Position numbers and translations under genes: made by a program. From the NCBI GenBank assembly GCA_965197745.1, contig CBDANS010000005.1, positions 416,001-480,000 on the forward strand: 64,000 bases of DNA. Direction: 5' to 3'. The stretch's first letter is position 1; every line of letters starts with the position of its first letter. The notes under the pieces were generated by a model. That model searched no databases. It was not told where the DNA came from and was given only the letters and a program-made list of their open reading frames with translations. The stretch is from Opitutales bacterium (GTDB lineage Bacteria > Verrucomicrobiota > Verrucomicrobiia > Opitutales > PNEW01). This document shows positions 1-11,112 of this stretch, in pieces.

Positions 1-192
1 CTCTGCAAGCATATGAAAAAACAGCTCGGTCTTTGATATATTATCTGAATCACCGTTCACGCGCAGCCAATCTTCGCGAGTTACTATGTTCACTGACAGC
101 ATTTTCTCGACTTTGGATAAATTACTTTCCCGCGCACAGTATAACTGGTTAAGCTGGCGGGGATTATCAAAATACAGGGTTTTTTCAGACAT
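1..192 (-). CDS. 5' part of a probable PhoH-family ATPase (runs off the window)
   Basis: Manual translation from the ATG at 192: MSEKTLYFDNPRQLNQLYCARESNLSKVEKMLSVNIVTREDWLRVNG..., open to the window edge. It resembles the N-terminal region of PhoH-like proteins; the P-loop is outside the window. Confidence 0.55.
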   Translation of the reverse strand, partial: MSEKTLYFDNPRQLNQLYCARESNLSKVEKMLSVNIVTREDWLRVNGDSDNISKTELFFHMLAE

Positions 193-229
193 AAGCCCTC
201 ATTAATTTAGGGGTATTACTATTATATAA

Positions 230-712
230 TCAGCAATACTTTTTCAGTTTTCCCCAAGTGTCATTAAGGGCCTCAGGAAGAACCTTCGTCTGTCCAATTA
301 CCGGCATATAATTCGTGTCACCCTCCCAACGCGGCACGATATGGCAATGAAGGTGTCGAGGAATACCGGCACCGGATGCGCTGCCAAAATTAAAACCTAT
401 ATTAAATCCGTCAGGGTTAACCGCTTTTAACAGTATTTCTTTCCCTTTGACAATGATATCCATAAGATCGTTGCGTTCCCCTGATTCCAGATCACTGAGA
501 TCTGCCACTTCTCGGTAAGGAACGGCCAATAGGTGACCGGGGTTGTAGGGATATTTATTCAATAGAAGATAAGATAATGTTCCACGATAGACGATAAGTG
601 CCTCTTTATCGTTATCAAGTTGTGGCAGGCGCAGGAAGGGGTTATCGAAACGCTCTTCATTTTTTGGAGTTTCGATATATCCCATGCGCCAATATGCGTG
701 AAGTGTATCCAT
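230..712 (-). CDS. HIT-family hydrolase (Ap4A phosphorylase/Fhit-like)
   Basis: LNKYPYNPGHLLAVP and histidine triad HLHCHIVPRWEGD; GFNIGFN motif. Confidence 0.92.
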   Translation of the reverse strand: MDTLHAYWRMGYIETPKNEERFDNPFLRLPQLDNDKEALIVYRGTLSYLLLNKYPYNPGHLLAVPYREVADLSDLESGERNDLMDIIVKGKEILLKAVNPDGFNIGFNFGSASGAGIPRHLHCHIVPRWEGDTNYMPVIGQTKVLPEALNDTWGKLKKYC

Positions 713-1094
713 ACGAGAACGAACCTTTGGATGATTTTAAGAGTATGTAATGACTTAAGCCACTTAATCTTAAAATACGACTGAAAAGAGTAAAGTTTTT
801 CTACCTCGTCGTCCACCCCTTATTTAAAGCATTTAAAGCATTTAAACTGATTAAGAGGAAAGAATCGATACACTGTTTTCAGCGGACATTTATTTTCATC
901 TATTTCAGGATAAGAAGAGCAGGGAGTATCCCTGTTATCGATTTATCTTTTTCGCATTCACGGCTCGAAAATTTAAGACATTATTCTTTATCTCAATAGT
1001 ATTGATTGGGATACTTTTATTTATGGTGACTTCAGTCATCTAAGAATAATGTCATTATGATTATCTCATAAATTAACTTTTCGCATTTAAAATC

Positions 1095-2723
1095 ATGGCT
1101 CTAAATCTCTTGGATTGGTCAATAATTATTGCTTATGTCGTGGGAATGGTTGGCTTAAGCATCGCTATAGGCCGAGGTCAAAAAAACCATGAAGACTACT
1201 ACCTTGCGGGTCGTTCATTTGGCGCTTTACCGATCGCCCTATCCACGATGGCTACACAGTGTTCGACAAACAGCCTGCTCGGCGCTCCTGCCTTTGTTGC
1301 CTTTTCTGTTGGTGGCGGATTGGTCTGGTTGCAATACGAACTGGCTGTTCCTTTTGCCATGATAGGGCTCATGGTCGTCATCTTGCCTATCTTCCGACGA
1401 TTGAACCTGGTTTCATTGTATGAATATCTCGAGCTGCGCTTCGGTCTCGCGACAAGGACTGTCCTGAGTATTGTCTTCCAATTTCTCAGGGCATTCTCAA
1501 CGGGTGTCACCGTATATGGAATTTCCTTAGTGTTGATGGTCTGTCTCGATATACCCTTTTGGGGGGCAGTGCTATTACTTGGTGGTGTGACTGTGATATA
1601 CGATGTCCTTGGCGGCATGAAAGCGGTAATATTATCAGATATTATACAATTAATCGTTATTGTTAGCGCGGTCATTATCGCTATTATTATCGCAGTCAGT
1701 CTTTTAGGAGGGGTATCAAACACCATGGCGCATTTCGATAGAGATCGATTACAGGCTCTCGATTTTTATCATCATGGATTTGGTGACGGAAAGGATTTTT
1801 CATTTTGGCCTATGCTTATAGGAGGGGTCTTTCTCTATTTATCATATTACGGCTGTGATCAAACACAGGCGCAAAGAGAACTCTCAACGCGCAATCTACG
1901 AGATATGAAATACGCACTATTCCTCGGTGGTTTGCTCAGATTTCCCCTAGTTCTTGCTTACTGTATTTTAGGTATCTGCATTGGAGCTTATGCAATGTCT
2001 CATCCTGAATTTATAACTTCTCTGCCTACAAACGAAATGGATGTTGGCGGGGTAATACACAGCGAGCCCAACTACAATCTCGCCGTGCCTCTATTTGTTC
2101 TCAGTCATTTTCCGCATGGCATTATCGGTCTGATTATGGTGGGGCTCTTCGCCGCAGCGATGTCATCGTTGGACTCCACTTTGAATTCCCTTAGTGCTGT
2201 TACAATGCGAGACCTCGTGCAACGATTTATGTTTAAAGATTTAAAAATAAAACAGGAAATAATTACGGCAAAAATCATCACTGTATTTTGGGGCGTTATC
2301 TGTCTGACCTTTGCTTTTTATGTAGGCGATATATCCGATTCGATCATTATTTCGATAAATAAAATCGGTTCATTGATTAACGGTCCTCTCTTAGCAGTAT
2401 TTCTTCTCGGGATGTTGACTCGTCGGACCAACGATCTTGGCGCGGTTTCAGGTTTTATCGTGGGTTTCATCGCCAATCTTCTTCTCTGGAAATATGCTCC
2501 CGATATATCCTGGCTGTGGTGGAACGTTATCGGATTCTTTATAACCTATATCAGTGGGTTCATTTTAAGCCTCGTTAAAGCAGCCCCCGACTATAAAATG
2601 ATACAGGTGGCGCTCTATCAACGGGGCTCTGTTAAGGATGATAAGACGCAAAACTGGAAACCCTATTACCTTGTTCTCACCCTCTATGGGTTGGGTCTGT
2701 TCATTTCCCTCGCCTGCTTGTAA
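1095..2723 (+). CDS. Sodium:solute symporter (SSS family)
   Basis: DYYLAGR, YEYLELRFG, GGMKAVILSD and AAAMSSLDS motifs; many hydrophobic helices. Confidence 0.93.
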   Translation: MALNLLDWSIIIAYVVGMVGLSIAIGRGQKNHEDYYLAGRSFGALPIALSTMATQCSTNSLLGAPAFVAFSVGGGLVWLQYELAVPFAMIGLMVVILPIFRRLNLVSLYEYLELRFGLATRTVLSIVFQFLRAFSTGVTVYGISLVLMVCLDIPFWGAVLLLGGVTVIYDVLGGMKAVILSDIIQLIVIVSAVIIAIIIAVSLLGGVSNTMAHFDRDRLQALDFYHHGFGDGKDFSFWPMLIGGVFLYLSYYGCDQTQAQRELSTRNLRDMKYALFLGGLLRFPLVLAYCILGICIGAYAMSHPEFITSLPTNEMDVGGVIHSEPNYNLAVPLFVLSHFPHGIIGLIMVGLFAAAMSSLDSTLNSLSAVTMRDLVQRFMFKDLKIKQEIITAKIITVFWGVICLTFAFYVGDISDSIIISINKIGSLINGPLLAVFLLGMLTRRTNDLGAVSGFIVGFIANLLLWKYAPDISWLWWNVIGFFITYISGFILSLVKAAPDYKMIQVALYQRGSVKDDKTQNWKPYYLVLTLYGLGLFISLACL

Positions 2724-2941
2724 TGCTTCTACAGTTTAATATTAATCCATGTTTTCGACAATATCGTCCCGAGTAGATGCATATATTCACTATTAGGTTA
2801 CCTTTCATTAATTAAAGACTTCTCAAATATGATTGCTAACCTTCAGGGCATTTTATAGTCATGCACCAACTTATCTTAATCCCTTTGGAGATACGATAGG
2901 AACTATTTTAGAATGCATACTGATATGCAATTTAACTAGAA

Positions 2942-3385
2942 ATGAATTATCAGAAATATCAAAAAGGCTTGATCATCCTTGTATCCATGGTGACACAAAT
3001 AGGATTGTACGCCCAGATTGTCCCGGACGCCCCAGTCATTGATTTTAAATTGCCGATGTTTGGTGAGAATGGATATAAAATCTGGGACCTTCAAGGGGAT
3101 GAAGGCCGCTATATCAATACGGAGAGAATTGATGTTATAAATCTCAAGCTGCGTGTTTTTTCAGGAGATAGTTCATTGCTGCTTGATACTACTATTGAGA
3201 GTCCCGAAGCGACTATGCTTATTCGAAGTAACAGGGCATTAAGTAATTCGTCCATACGCATGGTGGGCCCCAATTATCACATTACCGGTATGATTTGGCA
3301 TTGGGAAGGATCCAAACGAACGCTTGTCGTGAAAAAAAATGTACGCGTTAAATTTCAGGACACTTTAACGGACATATTAAAATGA
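2942..3385 (+). CDS. LptC-like LPS export periplasmic protein
   Basis: N-terminal hydrophobic segment, beta-rich body, position directly before lptA-like and lptB genes. Confidence 0.6.
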   Translation: MNYQKYQKGLIILVSMVTQIGLYAQIVPDAPVIDFKLPMFGENGYKIWDLQGDEGRYINTERIDVINLKLRVFSGDSSLLLDTTIESPEATMLIRSNRALSNSSIRMVGPNYHITGMIWHWEGSKRTLVVKKNVRVKFQDTLTDILK

Positions 3386-3975
3386 ATAACTGGTTACTCA
3401 CATCGATTTTCATTCCGCTTTTAATATTCGGTTATAATTCTGTGAAAGGGGATGAAATAAAGAGTGAAGAGGGCTACCCTCCTATGACTTGGGTTAATAG
3501 CGAATCCCTGGAAATGAAAAGCACCCCGGAGCAGAACTTATTTTATTTTTCCGGTAATGTGCGAATAATTGGTAACAATCTTCTTGTGAAATGTGATTAT
3601 CTCGAAGTCACTACGAATCGTACCGGAGATGCGGAAGCGACAATTGGTCAGATTGGGATAATAAAAAAGATAATAGCGATAGGGTCGGTAGAGATCTTTC
3701 AAGCGGGACGCGCTGCGACTGCGGGGCATGCTGAACTGTTGCCTGATGATAATATGATCGTGCTAACTGACTCGCCCCAGATAATAGATCAAAAAGCAAC
3801 AGTCAGCGGTTGGCGCATCACTTTAATGAAAGGTAAACGAATGGCTATTGTTGAAAGTAATCCGGATGATCTCAGTGATGGGCGACCTACCGTAGTTCTC
3901 GATGCTCTGCCAGACCTTGGATTTAGTGATGAAAATGAAGAAAACGCGGAAAACGAAGTTATCAATAACGAGTAA
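3382..3975 (+). CDS. lptA: LptA/OstA-family LPS transport protein
   Basis: Signal peptide; FSGNVRI, A.GSVEI and IVLTDSP beta-jellyroll motifs; upstream of lptB. Confidence 0.7.
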   Translation: MNNWLLTSIFIPLLIFGYNSVKGDEIKSEEGYPPMTWVNSESLEMKSTPEQNLFYFSGNVRIIGNNLLVKCDYLEVTTNRTGDAEATIGQIGIIKKIIAIGSVEIFQAGRAATAGHAELLPDDNMIVLTDSPQIIDQKATVSGWRITLMKGKRMAIVESNPDDLSDGRPTVVLDALPDLGFSDENEENAENEVINNE

Positions 3976-4007
3976 TTAGACTCCGCGTGATATTCACATA
4001 ATATTAG

Positions 4008-4742
4008 ATGAGTGCAGCTCGATCATATATTCAGATTAACGGTCTCGTGAAAACATACGGGAATCGCGAAGTAGTGGATGGAGTGGATTTATCAGTACGT
4101 GCGGGGGAAATTGTCGGCTTGCTCGGACCCAATGGAGCGGGAAAAACGACAACATTTTATATCATTGTTGGTCTCATACCGGCGACGAAAGGATCGGTAT
4201 TTTTTGACCAGTTTAATATTACGCGCACACCTATGTATAAGCGAGCGCGATTGGGCATTGGATACCTGCCTCAGGAGCCGTCCGTCTTTCGTAAATTGTC
4301 GGTTGAAGATAACATTAAAGCTATTGTAGAGACATTACCCATGAATGGCAGTGAGCGAAAGGAATGCACAGCCCGTCATCTCAATGAGCTTGGCCTTGCC
4401 CATTTGGCCTCTCAAAAGGCTTTTACCTTAAGTGGAGGGGAAAGACGCAGATTAGAAATTTCACGCGCTCTTGTTACAACCCCTAAATTTCTGCTTATGG
4501 ATGAGCCGTTCAGTGGTGTCGATCCCATAAGTATCAACGATGTCCAGGAGATTATCGTGGGACTTAAAAGAAAAGGCATCGGTGTTTTGATTACTGATCA
4601 CAACGTGCGTGAAATGCTTCGCATCGTTGATCGCGCCTATCTTCTCCATGAAGGAAAAGTGCTTTGCGAGGGGAGTAGTAATTTTCTTATTAAAGACCCC
4701 CAGAGCCGTCGCTTTTACCTGGGGGAAAACTTCAATCTCTAA
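4008..4742 (+). CDS. lptB: LPS export ABC transporter ATP-binding protein
   Basis: GLLGPNGAGKTTTFY, GIGYLPQEPSVFRKLSV, LSGGERRRLEI, DEPFSGVDP, ITDHNVRE. Confidence 0.96.
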   Translation: MSAARSYIQINGLVKTYGNREVVDGVDLSVRAGEIVGLLGPNGAGKTTTFYIIVGLIPATKGSVFFDQFNITRTPMYKRARLGIGYLPQEPSVFRKLSVEDNIKAIVETLPMNGSERKECTARHLNELGLAHLASQKAFTLSGGERRRLEISRALVTTPKFLLMDEPFSGVDPISINDVQEIIVGLKRKGIGVLITDHNVREMLRIVDRAYLLHEGKVLCEGSSNFLIKDPQSRRFYLGENFNL

Positions 4743-4750
4743 TCCTGCTT

Positions 4751-5710
4751 ATGTCTCTGAAATCTAAAACAAAACACACAGAAAGCATCTCCATTGAAGA
4801 TTTTTTGCATGCCTTTGAGGAATCGCTTAAATTAACTTTAGTCGCGGGAGAGCCGGGCCTTAAGAAGCTGATACGGGATAAAAGCATAAACCGCCCGTCC
4901 ATCGCATTAACGGGTTATTTGAAACATCTGGCTTTCAAGCGTATACAACTCTTTGGGGCGGGAGAAATGGGCTACCTGCGCGAGCTTTCTGAAGATGACC
5001 AATACAAGGTTTTAGTCGAAATGGCACGGAAACATATAGTCTGCATTGTGATTTCACGTAATCTCCTTCCGACAAAAGCAATGCTCAAAATAGCTGATGA
5101 ATTTAAGATACCACTCATTCGTACTCGCCTCGCTTCTCGTGATTTTATGGTGAAAAGCACCCTGCTCCTGGAATCAATCTTTGCCCCACAGATAACAGAG
5201 CATGGAACGATGATGGATATTAAAGGAATAGGAACCCTTTTGCGGGGTGAGAGCGGGATGGGGAAGAGTGAATGCGCGCTCGCTCTAATTGAGCGTGGCC
5301 ATAGCCTTGTCGCTGACGATGTTGTTTATGTTAAACTTATTAACGAGCAGGAATTGATGGCCACCAGCTCGAAATTAAATCGTGGTTATATGGAATGCCG
5401 GGGGCTCGGTATTATAAATATTGCTGAACTTTTCGGAATACGCTCGGTCCGCCTGGAAAAGCATATTGACCTGGTTGTCACCATTATCGATTGGTCTCAG
5501 GGGATGGAAGAGAATAGAACCGGATTAGAAGAAAATTATTATAATATTCTGGATATGAAAATCCCCCATATTGAACTGCCTGTCCGCCAGGGGAGGGATT
5601 TGGCCCGTCTTGTGGAGGTTGCCGCTATGACCCAGGCCCTCAAACTCATTGGGCACGATCCCGCGAAAGAATTTAACGACCGCCTGATTAAATATATGGC
5701 TCAGCACTGA
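4751..5710 (+). CDS. hprK: HPr(Ser) kinase/phosphorylase
   Basis: INRPSIALTG, Walker A GESGMGKSECALALIERGH, LVADD, PVRQGRDLA. Confidence 0.95.
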   Translation: MSLKSKTKHTESISIEDFLHAFEESLKLTLVAGEPGLKKLIRDKSINRPSIALTGYLKHLAFKRIQLFGAGEMGYLRELSEDDQYKVLVEMARKHIVCIVISRNLLPTKAMLKIADEFKIPLIRTRLASRDFMVKSTLLLESIFAPQITEHGTMMDIKGIGTLLRGESGMGKSECALALIERGHSLVADDVVYVKLINEQELMATSSKLNRGYMECRGLGIINIAELFGIRSVRLEKHIDLVVTIIDWSQGMEENRTGLEENYYNILDMKIPHIELPVRQGRDLARLVEVAAMTQALKLIGHDPAKEFNDRLIKYMAQH

Positions 5711-5819
5711 AATGAGATTATTGGAAAAATAATCTTTTTTTCTAAAAAAAAAGTTGCCGCCAGGAGATTTGAATTGCAATCTTGGAGCACTTTTTGGGGG
5801 CGGATTCAGGAGCAACCCT

Positions 5820-6247
5820 CTTGAAAACCGCATAGTTATCAGGGTTGTTCCACGAGTGATGATTCTATTAATGTGGCAACATTTTTTTTCTAAAGTTATC
5901 AGCAATTATAATGTGAATAAGTTGTTAGAAACTTGAACTTGAAATCATTCATGCAATAGAAAATTCTGAATTTCTCCACTGGGGTAACACAAATGTTTTA
6001 AACTTTTGGACTTTGACTTGGTGCACTTGATAACGACTCAATTAATCTTCTGTATATTATTATAAGTAATTTATTTATAATGGTTTATAACATAAATAGG
6101 GAACTTCAATCGGTTGCTATGCGGCCCTCTGATCGATGCGCTATTAAACACTTTTGGGGTCATTTTGTCTCTCGCCTCAGCCTCCAATTCCCGCCGTTCG
6201 ATGCCTCATTTTTTATCTGTGAATAAATTCTCTTATACCCTGATAAA
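5820..6247. promoter_or_regulatory. Probable oriC / dnaA regulatory region
   Basis: DnaA boxes TGTGAATAA at 5912-5920 and 6218-6226; weaker TTCTCCACT at 5972-5980; AT-rich tract at about 6040-6097; directly upstream of dnaA. Confidence 0.65.
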
Positions 6248-7651
6248 ATGTCGCAACATTCTGTAAAACAAGATCTTTGGAATACTTTAAAGGGTGATTT
6301 TGAAAAGCTGTTTCCCCGAGATATCTATGAGACTTGGTTTGAACCCGTCTATGGTTTGGATGAAAATGAAAATTCTTTAACGCTCGCCGCACCGAATGAA
6401 TTTTCTGCTATCTGGATTCAGGATAATTACCTGGATTTAATCGGTCAGAAAGCGCGGGTGCTGGTCGGGCGCTCATTGGATATCATTGTTAAAGTTTCCA
6501 ATGATGAGATCCCCGAAATTAATAGTCGGTCGCCGAATCTATCGGAGGATCGTCAAGAGGAGACACGAGCCTTTGTCAGGAAAGAAAGCCAGCGTCAACT
6601 GGAGGAAACGCTTGCCCGGAAAAATTTCTTCCTTAATCCGGCCAATACATTTGAAAACTTTATAGTGGGGTCGAGCAATCAATTGGCCCATGCGGCAAGT
6701 GTAGCCGTAGCCAAAGCTCCAGCAAAAGCTTACAATCCTCTTTTTCTTTATGGAGATAGTGGATTGGGTAAAACGCACCTCATGCATGCTGTCGCTCATT
6801 ACATCGTCGATCATAATGCGCGTGCTAAAGTTATTTATGTTTCCTGTGAAAAATTCACAAATGAGTATATTCGCGCTATCCAGGAAAATAACCTCGTGAA
6901 TTTTCGCAAAAATTACCGCAACATTGATGTCCTCCTCATTGACGATATACAATTTCTCGCCGGTAAAGAAGGAATTCAGGAGGAGATATTCCATACATTT
7001 AACGATCTCTTCGAGTCACAAAGGCAAATTTGTCTGACGAGTGATCGTCAGGCGAGTGAGATTTCCAAACTGGAAAGTCGGCTCTTGTCTCGGTTTCAAT
7101 GGGGTATGGTGACGGATATTCAGGCTCCTAATCTTGAGACACGAGTGGCTATTCTCACAAAAAAGGCGGCTGCCCGCGGGTATGAAATATCAGAAGAAAT
7201 AATTCAATTCCTGGCTGAGCGTATCACTCGTAATGTCCGGCGATTGGAGGGAGCCTTGACCCGGGTAGCCTGTGCCTCAGTCATTCAGAAGCCGCTGGAT
7301 ATTGCCCGTGTAGAACAATTACTCCAGGATATACTTCAGGAGGAAGTGCTTAACCGGATCACTATCGAGATGATACAGAAAAAAGTGGTTGAATACTATC
7401 AACTGCGAATCAGTGATATGATGAGTAAGCGTCGCCCCAATAATATCGCCTTTCCTCGACAGATTGCGATGTACTTAAGTCGCTTGCATACCAGTCACTC
7501 ATTACAAGATATAGGATCAGCTTTTGGTGGCCGAGATCATGGGACTGTCATTCATGCCTGTAAAACAGTAGAGAATATTATGGAGCAGGATGAATCAGTT
7601 ACGCGGAGTGTAGATTACTTGACAAAACAGCTGACTAATCAGAATCCATAA
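6248..7651 (+). CDS. dnaA: Chromosomal replication initiator
   Basis: YNPLFLYGDSGLGKTHLMHA, LLIDDIQF, RL.SRF.WG, PRQIAMYL, FGGRDHGTVIHA. Confidence 0.98.
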   Translation: MSQHSVKQDLWNTLKGDFEKLFPRDIYETWFEPVYGLDENENSLTLAAPNEFSAIWIQDNYLDLIGQKARVLVGRSLDIIVKVSNDEIPEINSRSPNLSEDRQEETRAFVRKESQRQLEETLARKNFFLNPANTFENFIVGSSNQLAHAASVAVAKAPAKAYNPLFLYGDSGLGKTHLMHAVAHYIVDHNARAKVIYVSCEKFTNEYIRAIQENNLVNFRKNYRNIDVLLIDDIQFLAGKEGIQEEIFHTFNDLFESQRQICLTSDRQASEISKLESRLLSRFQWGMVTDIQAPNLETRVAILTKKAAARGYEISEEIIQFLAERITRNVRRLEGALTRVACASVIQKPLDIARVEQLLQDILQEEVLNRITIEMIQKKVVEYYQLRISDMMSKRRPNNIAFPRQIAMYLSRLHTSHSLQDIGSAFGGRDHGTVIHACKTVENIMEQDESVTRSVDYLTKQLTNQNP

Positions 7652-7654
7652 TAA

Positions 7655-8176
7655 ATGGAACTGACGAATGAGCAGCATCAGGCCCTGGAAAAATGGGTGA
7701 ATGAAGGATTATCGTTGTCGGATATCCAGGCTCACTTGAACGATCACTTTGCGCTTTCGCTAACCTATATGGAAGTGCGGTTTTTAGTGGATGATCTAAA
7801 CCTCACTTTGCAAGAGGAGGACACAACATCCCAACCAGATGATTCCCTGGGTAAGACTGGGAGCGAACAGCTTTTGGATTCACCTGAAAATTTATCGGAA
7901 ACGGGCGTGCATGCAGCGAATATAAGCTCAGAAATTTTTGATGATAAAGATGATATAGGATCTACGCTGGCAGTGGATGTCGATCGGATAACCAAACCGG
8001 GATCGATAGTGAGTGGTAACGTTAAATTCAGCGACGGAGTCAGTTCTGCCTGGTTTATAGATCAGTTTGGGCGGCTGGGCCTTAATCCCTCGCAGGAAGG
8101 TTACGAGCCAAGCGCTGAAGATTTAGAGGTTTTCCAAAAGCAACTGCAAATTGCCTTGCAAAAACACGGAATATGA
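7655..8176 (+). CDS. Hypothetical acidic protein
   Basis: 173-aa ORF starting 3 nt after the dnaA stop; ordered N- and C-terminal parts joined by an acidic linker. Confidence 0.75.
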   Translation: MELTNEQHQALEKWVNEGLSLSDIQAHLNDHFALSLTYMEVRFLVDDLNLTLQEEDTTSQPDDSLGKTGSEQLLDSPENLSETGVHAANISSEIFDDKDDIGSTLAVDVDRITKPGSIVSGNVKFSDGVSSAWFIDQFGRLGLNPSQEGYEPSAEDLEVFQKQLQIALQKHGI

Positions 8177-8182
8177 GGGGTT

Positions 8183-10192
<2,010 letters not shown>

Positions 10193-10247
10193 CTAAATCA
10201 GATGCAAAAACCGGGTGATATATAATTTAAGAATGTCCTGAAGACGG

Positions 10248-10661
10248 TCAGGTAATATTAAGGGAAGATTTTTTATTCCCTACAGGATAAATATTAATTT
10301 CAAGCAAGCGTCGATAGGGTTGCAAGCTCAGATAAGCGATAACCGCCACGATTGCGCCCAAGGTATCGGCAATCCAATCCATCCATTCGAAATAACGGTG
10401 GGGATTCAGGTATTGATGCCATTCATCGCTCAAACCAAAAAGTGAAGTGATTAATATCGCAATTAAGGCGTGCTTTATAGGCATTTTATTGTCTTTAACA
10501 ACACGAAATATCAAAGTAGCGAGAAGGCCGAAAATGAAAAAGTGTGCTGTTTTGTCGATGGCTATAAAAGGTAAGATCGCAGGTAATTGGGGAGCGCTGC
10601 CGCCCGATGAATAAACGATGGTAAGAGCAAGGGCAATTGGCCATATCATGCGATGCAACAT
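10248..10661 (-). CDS. VanZ-family membrane protein
   Basis: DKTAHFFIFG, DEWHQ...P.R and DWIADTLG motifs. Confidence 0.88.
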   Translation of the reverse strand: MLHRMIWPIALALTIVYSSGGSAPQLPAILPFIAIDKTAHFFIFGLLATLIFRVVKDNKMPIKHALIAILITSLFGLSDEWHQYLNPHRYFEWMDWIADTLGAIVAVIAYLSLQPYRRLLEINIYPVGNKKSSLNIT

Positions 10662-11112
10662 TTTAGGAATGTTAATATATTACTGGCTTTTTCACAAGTA
10701 TAGAGAGCATTCATAAATACAAATAGTTTCGTTATTTGAGATAAATTTGTAATTTATTTTTTGACAATGAGGAGCGATATTTAGACTTAAAACTGAAACT
10801 GCTTGCTTAATAAATAAATCAAAATAGGAGTATTTTCTGTGTGGCTATTGGTTTTATGGCATGAATGTTAAATTTGAAAATACAGATTATACCCGAATCT
10901 CTTCGGAGTTTTATATTTGCTCATGTCAGGATCTGACAATTTACTGTTTCCTTATAACCCTAATATGGGATAACCAACAGATACTGAAGTAACCGAAGTT
11001 ACGATGATATTCTCTATTTCTCAAGCTGACTAATTTTAATATAATTCCCTAATTGTAAATCCCTGCCCGATAGCACCTGTCATTTATGGGGCACACACTG
11101 TGATAAAAATCT

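Noticed and set aside
5754..5936. 60-aa ORF upstream of dnaA
   Set aside because: TTG start, no recognisable motif, and it overlaps the DnaA-box region
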